From the IMG/VR virus record IMGVR_UViG_3300009285_005282, positions 55,737 to 119,736 of that record: DNA of 64,000 nucleotides, one strand, 5' to 3'. Each line of letters starts with the position of its first letter. Within the stretch, counting starts at the first letter, position 1. Source of the stretch: a virus. The notes beneath the pieces are model-generated. The model was not told the DNA's origin. It saw only the letters and a list, made by a program, of their open reading frames with translations, and did no database searches. Below are positions 1-9,927 of the stretch, piece by piece. The translations under genes were made by a program, and so were the position numbers.

Positions 1-1
1 C

Positions 2-193
2 GAGACCGACAGCGTTGGTGGTACGCAGCCCGGCGGTGGCGTGACCTTTTCTGGTAACCGCCTAATAAATTTAGCGACGGGGCACCTCCCGGGGCCAGGA
101 CATCTCCCGAGCATTGTGTTTGGTGGTGCGGTGACCGGACCTGCCGGGTGGGACCCAGCGCTTGGTGACTACGCTCAAGCGTACTTTGTGTAG
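2..193 (+). CDS. 3' end of a gene running in from the left edge (possibly tail fibre-like)
   Basis: Open frame ETDSVGG...AYFV ends at TAG 191-193, just before the GGAGG RBS of the next gene. Confidence 0.5.
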   Translation, partial: ETDSVGGTQPGGGVTFSGNRLINLATGHLPGPGHLPSIVFGGAVTGPAGWDPALGDYAQAYFV

Positions 194-203
194 GAGGAGA
201 GCG

Positions 204-596
204 ATGAACGAACTTGGAGCGGTGTTTACAGCCTGGCCGATCATCCTGATTGGCGTAGCGGTCTACCTGTGCATGTACCTGTTCCTGTGGTGCGGCGCGT
301 GGCTGTGGGCGCGGGACAAGCTATGGCTCCGCAAGATGCTCAAGACGCTCAACGTCATCGCGCCGTGGCTGCCCTGGCTGTTTGGTGGTCTGTTGGGTGC
401 GCTACCGTTCTGGCCGCGGCCGGAGCTGGTAATGCTGCTGCCAACCCAGTACCAGGGTTGGGGCATGGTCCTGCTGGGAGTCTTCTCCGGTGCGCTGTAT
501 GAGCGCATCTGGAAGGGGTTTCGGCAGCATCTGGACGCGCAGGGCATTGACCTGGACATTGACCTGCCGCCGAGCCGCCAGGGTAGTCGAAGGTAG
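204..596 (+). CDS. Putative holin (3 TM helices)
   Basis: GGAGG RBS then ATG 204; three hydrophobic segments (IGVAVYLCMYLFLW, PWLPWLFGGLLGALPFW, WGMVLLGVFSGALY) and a charged C-tail. Confidence 0.55.
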   Translation: MNELGAVFTAWPIILIGVAVYLCMYLFLWCGAWLWARDKLWLRKMLKTLNVIAPWLPWLFGGLLGALPFWPRPELVMLLPTQYQGWGMVLLGVFSGALYERIWKGFRQHLDAQGIDLDIDLPPSRQGSRR

Positions 597-655
597 CCGC
601 CCGGTGGGGGAGTGAGCGCGGTGCGTGAGTAGCAGGCGCACCTAAGGAGGAAGTG

Positions 656-1219
656 ATGAGTGAACTGGCCGAGAAGGTGCTGCTCGCGCGGCGCAGTGGT
701 AACGGTGCTCCCGTGGAGCTTACACGGAGGCCGCCTTTCGACGACTATACCAACGACGATTGGGAGAGGCAGGAGTACGCGCGGCAGACCAGGGGTTTGG
801 AGGCTCCTGCTGGAATGCGTCTTGGTACCTACGACGAATGGGAGGGTCCTGAAGGAGTCGGAAGTCAGTATTGGACCCCCCGCGGGACCGCCGTCAGTGT
901 GCTACCGCTGGACCCGCACGAGCGGCGGGCGGAGTATCTGCGTGCCACACGCGGCCATCCGACGGCGCTTGGCGTCGCAATGGGTGTGGGTGGTGGGCTC
1001 GTGGGATCGGTCTTTGGCCCACGGGCGGCGGCGACTGGCGCGCTTATCGGGGCCGGAGTTGGGCTCGGCGGTGGCTACCTGGTGCGACATCGGGTAGGAC
1101 GGGGTATCCACCAATGTGCGCTAGAGGAGCAAGCGCAACGCGAATCCACGCCATCGGTGAAGACCGCGTGCTGGCGGGGGTTCACCACCGAGTTGCTACG
1201 GATGTCGAGGCCCGCGTGA
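656..1219 (+). CDS. Glycine-zipper protein with C-terminal KTA/FTTELLRMS motif (cargo family)
   Basis: GGAGG RBS; GVAMGVGGGLVG...GALIGAGVGLGGG hairpin; SVKTACWRGFTTELL. Confidence 0.65.
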   Translation: MSELAEKVLLARRSGNGAPVELTRRPPFDDYTNDDWERQEYARQTRGLEAPAGMRLGTYDEWEGPEGVGSQYWTPRGTAVSVLPLDPHERRAEYLRATRGHPTALGVAMGVGGGLVGSVFGPRAAATGALIGAGVGLGGGYLVRHRVGRGIHQCALEEQAQRESTPSVKTACWRGFTTELLRMSRPA

Positions 1220-1542
1220 CCTGGTGGGGGCGCTGGAAGTCGTGGTGGGCGGCCAACTGGAAGTGGGTGGTGTTCCCTGTCGGGGTAGCCTCAGCTATCA
1301 TAGGGGTCGTAGCGGCCGTACTCCGGCCGAGACCGGTGTCGAGACCACCTGAGCCGGAGAGGGTCCGGTCGGTGTTGGAGCAGCTCCGCACCGCCGACGC
1401 CGAACGGCGCAGCAAGGTTGAGGAGCTGGAACGGGAGCACGCTGAACAGTTGCGAACCATGTCTGAGGAACAGCTGGTGCAGTTGGAGCAGCTCCAGGAT
1501 AAGTCATTGGAAGAGGTTGTTGAGTGGTTCAACAACCTGTAG
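1216..1542 (+). CDS. Membrane-anchored coiled-coil protein, inner-spanin-like
   Basis: GTGA overlap with upstream stop; N-terminal TM (WVVFPVGVASAIIGVVAAVL) then E/R/Q coiled coil. Confidence 0.5.
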   Translation: MTWWGRWKSWWAANWKWVVFPVGVASAIIGVVAAVLRPRPVSRPPEPERVRSVLEQLRTADAERRSKVEELEREHAEQLRTMSEEQLVQLEQLQDKSLEEVVEWFNNL

Positions 1543-1592
1543 CCCGCCGCCCAGTACGGGTGCGCGCTGGATCGAGATGAGAGGAGAGAACC

Positions 1593-4205
1593 ATGGGCGA
1601 CACGTTTTTTGTCCCGTATGAGCGAGCGAAGATCGCTCACCTGATTCAGGGCGGCGGCAAGGGCGGCGAGATCCGTGACTTGCGTGAGGACCTGGAGCGC
1701 GCTTTCGGCCGGGTGGGCTCGGCGTTCGACGCGCTCAACGAGAAGGCGCCGGTGCGCCTTTGCACAGCGGCGGCGCTCAACCTCTACACCGTGGCCGGGT
1801 CGGGTGACGGGAAAACCCTGACGCAGAGCGTCGCCGCGGTCGAGAACATCGACGGGGTGGCCCCGGTAGTTGGAAACCGTGTCCTTGTCAACAACGCCGG
1901 GACCGCGACCGCTGCCGACCGCGGCATCTACACTGTCACGACCGTAGGCACGGTGGCTGTCCGGCAGGTACTGACTCGGGCAACCGACGCCGACGATAAT
2001 GCGGACGTGACCTCGGGCATGGGTGTACGGGTGCTGGCGGGATCGACGCTGGCGGGTCACCACTTCTACCTCTCGACCGCCAACCCCATCGTGGTGGACA
2101 CCGACGGTCTCTCCTTCACCGAGGATGACCCGGGGTTTCACGCCTCGCGGCACATCTTCGGCGGCCTGGATGTGGTAGACGGCGACCGACTGGTCATCAC
2201 CTGGACCCCCACTACCTTCACCAGGACGCTGGACATTGGCGGGCTCGCTGGCGACCTGACCGCGCTAACCGCGCATCTCAACGGCATCGACCTCTACGCG
2301 GCCGGGTTGACCTCCAGCATCGCGCTGATCAACGCCACTTTGGCCGCACGGGATCGCAAGGAGAGCGCCCGGCTCTGCACCGCGGCAGCGCTCGGCCTCT
2401 ATACCGCCTCCGGTGGTCCGGGTCTCGGGCGTACGCTGACTCAGAACGGTGCGGGGGTGCAAGAGGACATCGACGGCACTGCGGTAGTGGTTGGGGATCG
2501 TATCCTCGTCAATGACACAGGTACCGCGACCGCTGCCGACCGCGGTATCTACACCGTGGACACGGTGGGCGCCCCCGGGGTGCCCCAGGTGCTGGTCAGG
2601 GCTACCGACGCCGACGACGATGTAGAGGTCACTTCGGGCATGTTCCTTCGGGTCACTGAAGGCGCGACCTTGGCGGATACGGTGTGGCACCTGACCACCA
2701 ACGATCCTATCGTGGTGGACACCGACGGTCTTTCCTTCTCCAGTCTGCCCAACGCGCACGCTGCCACCCACACGGTCGGAAGCACCGACGTCGTGGATGG
2801 TGACGAGGTGGACATCACCTGGACCCCCACTACCTTCACCCGTACCGTAGACGTCGGGGGGCTGGCCTCGGGGCTAACCTCGCTGACCGCACATCTCAAT
2901 GGCATCGACCTCTACGCCGGCAGTCTGGCCTCCAGCATTGCGCTGATCAACGCGACCCTGGCAGCGCGGGATCGTAAGGAGAGCGCGCGGCTTTGCACCG
3001 CGGCGGCGCTCAACGCCTACACCGCTTCTGGCGGCCCGGGGCTTGGGCACACCCTGACTCAGGACGGTGCTGGGGCGCAGGAGGACATCGACGGCACCGC
3101 GGTGGTCGCCGGTGACCGTATTCTGGTCAATGACACGGGCACCGTGACCGCCACCGACCGTGGTATCTACACCGTGACTGTAGCGGGCGCCTTCGGGATA
3201 CCCCAGGTGTTGGTCCGGGCTACCGACGCCGATGACGACGTAGAGGTTACCGCAGGCATGTTCCTCCGGGTCACCGAGGGAGCGACCTTGGCGGACACGG
3301 TGTGGTGCCTGACTACCGACGACCCTATCGTGGTGGACACCACCCCCCTCTCCTTCTCCAACCTGCCCAACGCGCACGCGGGTACCCACACGGTTGGGAG
3401 CACTGACGTCGTGGACGGCGACGAGGTGGAGATCACCTGGACTCCGGCCAACTCTACCCCCACGGTGGACCTTGGTGGGTTGGCCTCAGGGGTGACCTCA
3501 CTAACGGCGCACCTCAATGGAGTCGACCTGCAGCTCGGGTTGCAGGCAGCGGATATCCTGACCAACGCTGCGGGTATCGCCGCGCTCAACGCGCACTCCG
3601 CCTTCCCGGAGATTTGGGGTGTCCGGCCAGACGTGGCTCCCACCTTGGCGGTGGACGGCAGCGCGAACTTCAGGCTGATCGGCGCTGCGTTCCTGCAGGG
3701 GCAGAGCTTCTCCCATTTGGCTATCGGTGGCCTCGACATCATCGCCGAGGAACCGGGGGTAGGCGGGGACAGTATCTCGGTCGAGGTGGTGGACACCGGA
3801 ATAGGTGGTCTGGCGATCACCTACGTAGGCGGAACTTTGTCCATCGACCAGGGCGGCTCCGGTTCCAATGAGGACGCGGTTGCCGTCGCAATCAACGTCG
3901 GCGCAGCGCTGTGGACGGGGGTGTTGCGCGCCAACAGTCTCGGTGGCGGCGCAGTCCCGGTCACGGCGCTCACCCCCCTGGCTGGTGGTCTGGGTACGGG
4001 GCTGTCCGTTTACTGCGGTGGCGTGCTTGGGGCTCCGACCGGAGAGGCCGGCGGTCTGGCGCTCTCTACCGCCTCCTACACCGATACGCTGCTGCTGGTC
4101 AACCCAGCGAGCATGGCTGGAGACCTGGCTGCCAACGACACCGCAACGATCCGGGTGGTCAGCAACGACATGACCTCCCTTCCCGTCACCGTGCTGCTGG
4201 CGTAG
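1593..4205 (+). CDS. Virion structural protein (fibre/decoration) with three tandem ~206-aa repeats
   Basis: Three copies of K..[AV]RLCTAAAL...IDG....G[DN]R[IV]LVN....DRGIYTV...L.RATDADD, a domain common in phage fibre proteins; nucleotide period 618. Confidence 0.7.
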   Translation: MGDTFFVPYERAKIAHLIQGGGKGGEIRDLREDLERAFGRVGSAFDALNEKAPVRLCTAAALNLYTVAGSGDGKTLTQSVAAVENIDGVAPVVGNRVLVNNAGTATAADRGIYTVTTVGTVAVRQVLTRATDADDNADVTSGMGVRVLAGSTLAGHHFYLSTANPIVVDTDGLSFTEDDPGFHASRHIFGGLDVVDGDRLVITWTPTTFTRTLDIGGLAGDLTALTAHLNGIDLYAAGLTSSIALINATLAARDRKESARLCTAAALGLYTASGGPGLGRTLTQNGAGVQEDIDGTAVVVGDRILVNDTGTATAADRGIYTVDTVGAPGVPQVLVRATDADDDVEVTSGMFLRVTEGATLADTVWHLTTNDPIVVDTDGLSFSSLPNAHAATHTVGSTDVVDGDEVDITWTPTTFTRTVDVGGLASGLTSLTAHLNGIDLYAGSLASSIALINATLAARDRKESARLCTAAALNAYTASGGPGLGHTLTQDGAGAQEDIDGTAVVAGDRILVNDTGTVTATDRGIYTVTVAGAFGIPQVLVRATDADDDVEVTAGMFLRVTEGATLADTVWCLTTDDPIVVDTTPLSFSNLPNAHAGTHTVGSTDVVDGDEVEITWTPANSTPTVDLGGLASGVTSLTAHLNGVDLQLGLQAADILTNAAGIAALNAHSAFPEIWGVRPDVAPTLAVDGSANFRLIGAAFLQGQSFSHLAIGGLDIIAEEPGVGGDSISVEVVDTGIGGLAITYVGGTLSIDQGGSGSNEDAVAVAINVGAALWTGVLRANSLGGGAVPVTALTPLAGGLGTGLSVYCGGVLGAPTGEAGGLALSTASYTDTLLLVNPASMAGDLAANDTATIRVVSNDMTSLPVTVLLA

Positions 4206-4727
4206 ATGATGCGCGTCCTCCTTGCCGTACTGGCGCTGCTCTACCCCGGCCATGTTTGGGCGGAGTCCTGCACACCGCAGGACTACACCTCCACCACTGC
4301 ACCGAATTTCGAGTGCCCCAGCCCCGAGGAGGAGGCGCTCACCCCTAACCTCTCCCCACCTCCAGCCATCCCTGTTCACACCGGTGAATGCTCCCCTGCT
4401 CCGTGGGACGGGGCGCTGGTCCACCGGGACCGTTTGGTGCTGTTGGGGCTGAAGCTCCAAGCTGTGCGTCGACTACGCTGGTCGGATACTCTGCGGTTCC
4501 GTGCGTTGTACACGGTCGAGCTCAACCACGCTCGCAGGGAGGAGGAGCTGGTCACCCGAGCGCTGGAGGAACAGGTGGTGACGTACCGTGAGCGCGCCTT
4601 GCAGGCGGAACAGCGTACAGGGAACGCGACGGCGTGGTACCGCTCCTGGTGGTTTGGCTTTGTGCTGGGTGTGGTCTCCGCTGGTGGGTTGGTGGCACTC
4701 GCCGCCTACGTCGTCACTGCGCTCTGA
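4206..4727 (+). CDS. Signal-peptide and C-terminal-TM protein, possible spanin/lysis accessory
   Basis: MMRVLLAVLALLYPGHVWA signal, PAPWDGALV, coiled coil, C-terminal TM. Confidence 0.5.
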   Translation: MMRVLLAVLALLYPGHVWAESCTPQDYTSTTAPNFECPSPEEEALTPNLSPPPAIPVHTGECSPAPWDGALVHRDRLVLLGLKLQAVRRLRWSDTLRFRALYTVELNHARREEELVTRALEEQVVTYRERALQAEQRTGNATAWYRSWWFGFVLGVVSAGGLVALAAYVVTAL

Positions 4728-4769
4728 CTAAGCGCCCCAACCGGCGCTCAACGTCGGGCTCATCCTCAA

Positions 4770-4809
4770 CTAAAAAGGTGCTGCCAGGGGGATTACCCCC
4801 GGCAGCACC
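4770..4809 (-). terminator. Intrinsic terminator of the leftward replication block
   Basis: ggtgctgcc(a)ggggg-atta-cccccggcagcacc hairpin; minus strand continues TTTTTAG. Confidence 0.75.
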
Positions 4810-4921
4810 GTAGCACGTCCGGCAAAGCTCTACCACCCGGCAGGGGAGTTCCAGGCACCGCCGCGGCAGGAGCGGCGGGGGCATTAGTCCCCCGCAAGCT
4901 GCTGGACACGCTCTGTCCTCC

Positions 4922-5110
4922 TTATACCAATTCCGGGGTCTCCCACGTCCCCATTTCGCTGTCCTCGACGTCGTCCCAGTTGCTGTCGTCGTTGGACTCC
5001 ACCGTGTCTAGGAACTGAAGAAATGCTTCGGAGCACTCCTCCGCGGTCTCGCCAGAGAGGCGCTTGTACCGATGCACGCTCCGGCTCTGAACGAACATCA
5101 CGGACACCAT
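4922..5110 (-). CDS. Small acidic hypothetical protein
   Basis: GAGGA RBS before ATG 5110 (MVSVMF...). Confidence 0.45.
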   Translation of the reverse strand: MVSVMFVQSRSVHRYKRLSGETAEECSEAFLQFLDTVESNDDSNWDDVEDSEMGTWETPELV

Positions 5111-5288
5111 GTTGTCCTCAGAAGCGCGCAACCTCTTTACTGCTGAGTTGCAGCACGTACAGGTTGTGCTCAGGGTTGACGCTTACCGGAAGTCCAGCTG
5201 ACCGGCAGTGCTGAACGAGCTCCGCGTTCGTAGCGGGAAGCTCGATGGTGAGGTACTGCCCGCTGTCCCGCAACGGAGCCGGTGTTGC

Positions 5289-5984
5289 TCACTTTGGGCT
5301 ATCGGCAAGCCCGACCTTCCGCAGGATGGCGGCGAACCCCGCCAGTGGCTTGTCGAGCCCGCGTGCAAACGCCAACGCCCCCGCGTTGACCGCCAGGTCG
5401 ACCAGCGACTGGAGTTGGTCGTTTACGGTGAGCAGCACGTTACCCTGGGCGACCTGCGTTTGTTCTAGGCGGTCCAGCCGCTGGTTGATGTCCTCCAGCA
5501 ATTTGGTCACAAGGACCAATCCGCCGGGGTCGGGGGTTGGGTCCGGGGTGAGCGGCGTGTGCCGGGGTTCATCGGCGGGTAGAATATGGTCGAGCCCCAA
5601 CCTCCGAAGCGCCTCCTCTGGGTCCTCTTCTGCGCTCTCCTCTAGGTCCTCTTCTGGGTCCACGGTCCCGGGAAGTTCCTTCTGCACGGGGGTCTGCGTC
5701 TGCGTCTTACGAGCAGCGCGTTTCTTGGCAGGCGCAGGGGTTGTCGCTGCGGGAGCCGGCGTTGGCGGTGCGTCCGGGGGGTTCTGTACGGGGGTAGTAG
5801 CCGGTGCTGACGCGTGGTCTTCGTCCCACTTCGACAGCAGTAGGGCGATGAGCTGGTCCTTGCCCCCGTCACGCAGGGCCTGTTGCCACACCTCCGTGGG
5901 TAGCTGCGCCTTGGCGGCGCGCCATCGTAGAGCGCGCTCGCTGGTCTCCACGAGCTCCTCTCTGTACGCTGTTCTCTCATCCAT
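5289..5984 (-). CDS. Hypothetical protein with Pro/Ala/acidic linker
   Basis: 231-aa ORF overlapping the upstream gene in operon fashion. Confidence 0.65.
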   Translation of the reverse strand: MDERTAYREELVETSERALRWRAAKAQLPTEVWQQALRDGGKDQLIALLLSKWDEDHASAPATTPVQNPPDAPPTPAPAATTPAPAKKRAARKTQTQTPVQKELPGTVDPEEDLEESAEEDPEEALRRLGLDHILPADEPRHTPLTPDPTPDPGGLVLVTKLLEDINQRLDRLEQTQVAQGNVLLTVNDQLQSLVDLAVNAGALAFARGLDKPLAGFAAILRKVGLADSPK

Positions 5985-6378
5985 GCTCTCTCTCCTGTTC
6001 TATACGGCGTCGATTCAGCTCATAAATTATGAGCACCTCGACGTCGTGTTTTGCGAAATACTGCGGGTTACCCGCGTCGATCATCTGGTCACGTAGCTTC
6101 TTTTGGAACTTTGTCACGAAGTCGTACAGGCGGTTGCGTAACTCGTCGATAGGGTTATGGACCTGAACAGACTCCCCCTGTAACCGGCGCAGCAGTAGCT
6201 CCTGTAGGGTAGCGGTGTCCTGGCCTCTCCAAGCGCGAACGTCCAGCAGGCGCAATAGCTCTACCAATTCGGAGTCGTTTAGCCACGGGATAGCCTCAAT
6301 GTCAAAACGCACTCTTCCTCGCCGGATGAGCCGTTCGTGGTTTAGCTTTGGCCAGGCCCATTTAGTGTGCCGTCCCAT
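5977..6378 (-). CDS. Hypothetical protein
   Basis: Tightly packed ORF (MGRHTKW...). Confidence 0.6.
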   Translation of the reverse strand: MGRHTKWAWPKLNHERLIRRGRVRFDIEAIPWLNDSELVELLRLLDVRAWRGQDTATLQELLLRRLQGESVQVHNPIDELRNRLYDFVTKFQKKLRDQMIDAGNPQYFAKHDVEVLIIYELNRRRIEQEREHG

Positions 6379-6380
6379 CG

Positions 6381-6788
6381 TCAGCACCACTGGGGCAGGG
6401 GTTCGATGTCGAACTCTACCCGGGGGTGCGCGGCGTCCATGTACTTCAAGAGCTGAAGGTTCATGATGCAGCTGTCGTCGATCCCCAACGCGTCCATGAC
6501 CGCGTCTATGAGTAGCTTTTGGCGGTTTGCCACGTCTAGCTTGAGAAAACGGCGGCCCGCCCCGCTCCGTTTCCAGTTCAGCTGTTCCATACGGTCAAAG
6601 TAGATCATGATGATGACCCGATACGGAACATCCTGACAAAACGGGATTGAAGAACGTATGGCCTGTTCCGCGACCGCCGCACGGACAAGGTTGACGTACC
6701 GTTCCGCCTCACTGGTTTTGACCCGGCGGCGCTTCACGGTGAAGTAGACGTGGTTGTCCGACGGGGGTAGAGGCAGAGTGACTCGCAT
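6381..6788 (-). CDS. rusA: RusA-family Holliday junction resolvase
   Basis: LPLPPSDN N-terminus; LDVANRQKLLIDA...GIDDSCI catalytic pattern. Confidence 0.8.
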   Translation of the reverse strand: MRVTLPLPPSDNHVYFTVKRRRVKTSEAERYVNLVRAAVAEQAIRSSIPFCQDVPYRVIIMIYFDRMEQLNWKRSGAGRRFLKLDVANRQKLLIDAVMDALGIDDSCIMNLQLLKYMDAAHPRVEFDIEPLPQWC

Positions 6789-6789
6789 G

Positions 6790-7344
6790 CTATATCCTCA
6801 CTGGACGTCGGCGGTTGCCAACGTTGTGCTCACGTAGGGAATCAGTGAGCTCTGCCTCCCGCAGCCCAACATAGCGCGAAGCTGGTTTTCTGAGTGCCTC
6901 AAGCCCGTCCCAGTGCGCCTGGAGCTTCGTAACCACGAGTTCGCACTCCAGGAGCTGCGCGGATAGCTCTATAACCCGCGGGTCAATGTTTACCTTGTCC
7001 TCCTTTTGGTTAGCGGCGCAAGTAAGCCGCTCCTTGATGCTCGACCGTAGTACCTTCATCCGGTACATCAGTCCGGACTGTTGCATTTTAGCGTCGGCCA
7101 GCACGCCACCAACGTAGGCCATCCACGCTCCAGCAGCCCCCTGTACGTCCATCAGCGCGTCGTTGGGCATACTGCTCAGACTCTGGGTGAGTATCGGGCT
7201 GGCGAGTGTTGGGGCGGTCATGTCTGGGATTCCTAACCGTCTAAGCGCTGTCTGCGCCGCCACTTCGGCCTGGGTGAACCGGTCGTCCACGTCGTCCCAT
7301 TCGGTGAGCAACAGGTTGAAGTTGGGCACTGTTGCACGGGTCAC
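6790..7344 (-). CDS. Helical protein, possibly UvsY-like recombination mediator
   Basis: GTG 7344 overlaps upstream stop; coiled coil KEDKVNIDPRVIELSAQLLE...; sits in recombination cluster. Confidence 0.4.
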   Translation of the reverse strand: MTRATVPNFNLLLTEWDDVDDRFTQAEVAAQTALRRLGIPDMTAPTLASPILTQSLSSMPNDALMDVQGAAGAWMAYVGGVLADAKMQQSGLMYRMKVLRSSIKERLTCAANQKEDKVNIDPRVIELSAQLLECELVVTKLQAHWDGLEALRKPASRYVGLREAELTDSLREHNVGNRRRPVRI

Positions 7345-8135
7345 GAGTCCTCCTTTCCGGCGAGTTTGCGGGGCTGGCATACGGCGTTGTAGCGACACCA
7401 GTGGCAGCTTCTCCCGATCCGGCGGGGGGGAATCTGGTACTGGTCCATCTGCGCTTGTATCCGCTCCAGCCGTTGTTGGATTGGCGTCCACACCCCGTAG
7501 TCGAACGGGACGTAGAGCGCCCGCATGTTGCTGTTGTCCTTGTTGAAGTACAGGATGCACCCCATCGGCACATCCAGTGCCTTTAGGTACCCGTGGAGCT
7601 GTTTTACGTAGCTGCTTCCAGGGGTATTCCCCAGCTTGTTGAAGGTGGTGGAGTTGCAGCTTTTGTAATCCAGCACCATCCGAAACCGCAGTTGTTGCCC
7701 ACCAATAGCGACAACAGCTGCGAGAAGACCGTCAGCGTGCCCGGTCATTTCCAACGCGTCGTGCCGTACGCGCACCTCCGCGTGGTAGTCGTGCCCCTCC
7801 AGGCGCGCCCAGGTTCCCATGTAGTATTGCAGCAGTTCGTGTATTACGGTGCCAGTGTCGAAAATACGGCGCTGCTCTACACGCTCCTTCCGTTCTTCCT
7901 TCTCCCCTACCAGTTGAAACGCCAGAAAGGCGTCGCAGGGGTTGCTGTACTCCGACGGGTGGAACGCCCCCTTTTGGCGGTGTGCCCCCCACTGGAACGT
8001 AGACGTCCACGGCTCGGGCTGCCGAATCAGCCGTGCAACGTGATCCTCCAGCACCTGAACCAGAGGCCAGGACGTGAGCAGCTTGGCCGCAGTTGGACTT
8101 CGTTCCAGGTCCTCGATGTGCTCCAGCGTCAACAT
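7341..8135 (-). CDS. Cas4-like PD-(D/E)XK exonuclease with Fe-S cysteines
   Basis: HPSE..PC, GTVIHE, GHADG, LDYKS, QLHGY, CHWCRYNAVC. Confidence 0.8.
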   Translation of the reverse strand: MLTLEHIEDLERSPTAAKLLTSWPLVQVLEDHVARLIRQPEPWTSTFQWGAHRQKGAFHPSEYSNPCDAFLAFQLVGEKEERKERVEQRRIFDTGTVIHELLQYYMGTWARLEGHDYHAEVRVRHDALEMTGHADGLLAAVVAIGGQQLRFRMVLDYKSCNSTTFNKLGNTPGSSYVKQLHGYLKALDVPMGCILYFNKDNSNMRALYVPFDYGVWTPIQQRLERIQAQMDQYQIPPRRIGRSCHWCRYNAVCQPRKLAGKEDS

Positions 8136-8668
8136 TGCTCCTCCGGTTGGAGATGCTCCAAAGCAGTGTTCCAAGCCAACACCGCGACCTTGGTGCCGTC
8201 CCCAAGGGTAATCCGTAGTACCGCTTCCCGGCCCGTCGCCGCCGCCTGGTGTAGGGCCTTTCTGAACGTCGTGGCCGTGAGTCGGTAACTCTGGTGTACG
8301 GTAAACTTATCCTCGATCATCCACTGGTGGTTGCGCGCATCCCCCTTGACGACCCCGCCGCCTGACCGTGGAGTTGTGGTGCCCGCAATCTGTTCGGCGG
8401 CTTTGCGTTCGCTACGCTGTGACCGCTTGACGGAAGCACGACGTGCGGAACGACCATCCCCAAGTACGTCCCGCGGGCGTAACGCCTCCTTCACCTTTGG
8501 CGTCAGCCCTACCAGAGCGCACGTGGGGCAGACAGTCGCCTGGTTGTGACGGCAGGTGCCATCTACCGTTTCGACGGTTAGGAGCAGGACCAGTAGGTCA
8601 CCGACGTAGCCGCAGGAGGGACACTGCCCAAAACTGCGTGCCGTCTCTACACGAGCCTGTGCAGGCAT
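8129..8668 (-). CDS. Hjc-like PD-(D/E)XK endonuclease with N-terminal Zn finger
   Basis: CPSC...CPTC; SERKAA...PRSGGG..KGD...IEDK. Confidence 0.65.
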   Translation of the reverse strand: MPAQARVETARSFGQCPSCGYVGDLLVLLLTVETVDGTCRHNQATVCPTCALVGLTPKVKEALRPRDVLGDGRSARRASVKRSQRSERKAAEQIAGTTTPRSGGGVVKGDARNHQWMIEDKFTVHQSYRLTATTFRKALHQAAATGREAVLRITLGDGTKVAVLAWNTALEHLQPEEQC

Positions 8669-9927
8669 GACACCTCCGCCTTCTGCAGGCAGGCGTAGTA
8701 GAGTGACCAGTACAACGTGCTGTCCTGGCGTAGCAACATTTTGAGCTCCGACCCGCGGTCACCCCAAGGCGCGTCTGCAAGCAGCACTTCCTCCTGGGCG
8801 TCGAGGATCATCGCATGTGGCGTTTTCGGTTGGTGTAGGATCAGCCCCGAAGCGCTCGCCGTGGTGAACAGGTCCTGCACGGGGTCGAACCCCGAATCAA
8901 ACAAGTACCGCAGCTCCCCGCTTCCTCCTTCGTGACACCCCGCCTTTCCTTTGACAACCTGCCAGTTGATGGTCTTGCCCACACGGGCGCCTCCCTCCTC
9001 GATGCGTTCCCCACGGGTGAGCAGTAGGTCGAGTAGCTTCCCGTGTCGAATTGCGTAGGGACCGGTCACCTCAAACTCCCGTGCTCGGGGGTTTTTGTGA
9101 CTCTTACGGTTGGCACGCGCCTGGTTGGTAGCAACCACGGTAGTCAGGTTTACCCGACCCCGTTCCGGTGCGGAGAAGAACGGCCAGAGCTTACGCATGA
9201 ACTCTGACAGCAGGTAGGCAGAGGCTGATTGACGGGGGTCGTCGTCGAGGGAGGTATCCGTGCGGTACTTGGTGGATACGGCTGCGAGGCTGTCCACCAC
9301 CACCATCTGGCAGTAGTTTTGCCGGACCAGCTCGGCCACTCCCTCCAGGCGTTGCTCGTGGCTCCCTACGTCGAAGATGAGGAACTCGCCAACGCCGGTT
9401 TGATGATAGGCCCGCTCCTCCTCAGTTAGGGCTGGGCGCCCTTCTCTAGCGCGGCGTTCGTCGAGAAACTGCAGATCCAGTTCGGACGACGGGACTGCGC
9501 ACCCTTGAACGCGTAGGAACTCCTTGTCCAGTGTGTGCTCTAGGCAGCACCATGCTATTCGTGCGCCCGCGCCGTAAATGTACTGACACATTGCTCCGGC
9601 GCGGGCGGTCAGGGCGTCCTTGCCCACCCCGTCCGGCCCACCGATTTGCGTTACACCCCCGGCTGCCATGCCACCACCGCAGGCGCAGTCGAGCGATGCC
9701 AGCCCAAAAGGCCGCCGCAGCTGGAAGGGGTTGGCGCTCTCGTCCGCACGCCGCAGCGCAGTGGTTCGCGCCTCCCCCTTCTTCCTCCCCTCGTTGACCC
9801 TGGCGTTGACGAAGTTTACCACCTCGTCAGCTGTCAACGCGGGCACCTCCTTGTCGAAGAAGGACAGGTCACCCTGTTCGTACTGGTCAGGGTCGCGGGG
9901 CGCAGCCGTGTTCTTTTTTCTTGGCAT
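8647..9927 (-). CDS. recA: RecA/UvsX-like recombinase
   Basis: GLASLD..GGG...GGVTQIGGPDGVGKD, EHTLD, VVVDSLAA, NQAR, VVKGK. Confidence 0.8.
   Translation of the reverse strand: MPRKKNTAAPRDPDQYEQGDLSFFDKEVPALTADEVVNFVNARVNEGRKKGEARTTALRRADESANPFQLRRPFGLASLDCACGGGMAAGGVTQIGGPDGVGKDALTARAGAMCQYIYGAGARIAWCCLEHTLDKEFLRVQGCAVPSSELDLQFLDERRAREGRPALTEEERAYHQTGVGEFLIFDVGSHEQRLEGVAELVRQNYCQMVVVDSLAAVSTKYRTDTSLDDDPRQSASAYLLSEFMRKLWPFFSAPERGRVNLTTVVATNQARANRKSHKNPRAREFEVTGPYAIRHGKLLDLLLTRGERIEEGGARVGKTINWQVVKGKAGCHEGGSGELRYLFDSGFDPVQDLFTTASASGLILHQPKTPHAMILDAQEEVLLADAPWGDRGSELKMLLRQDSTLYWSLYYACLQKAEVSCLHRLV

Noticed and set aside
7341-8135. Cas4-like gene as part of a CRISPR-Cas system
   Set aside because: No cas1/cas2 or array; stand-alone Cas4-like nucleases are common in phage recombination modules
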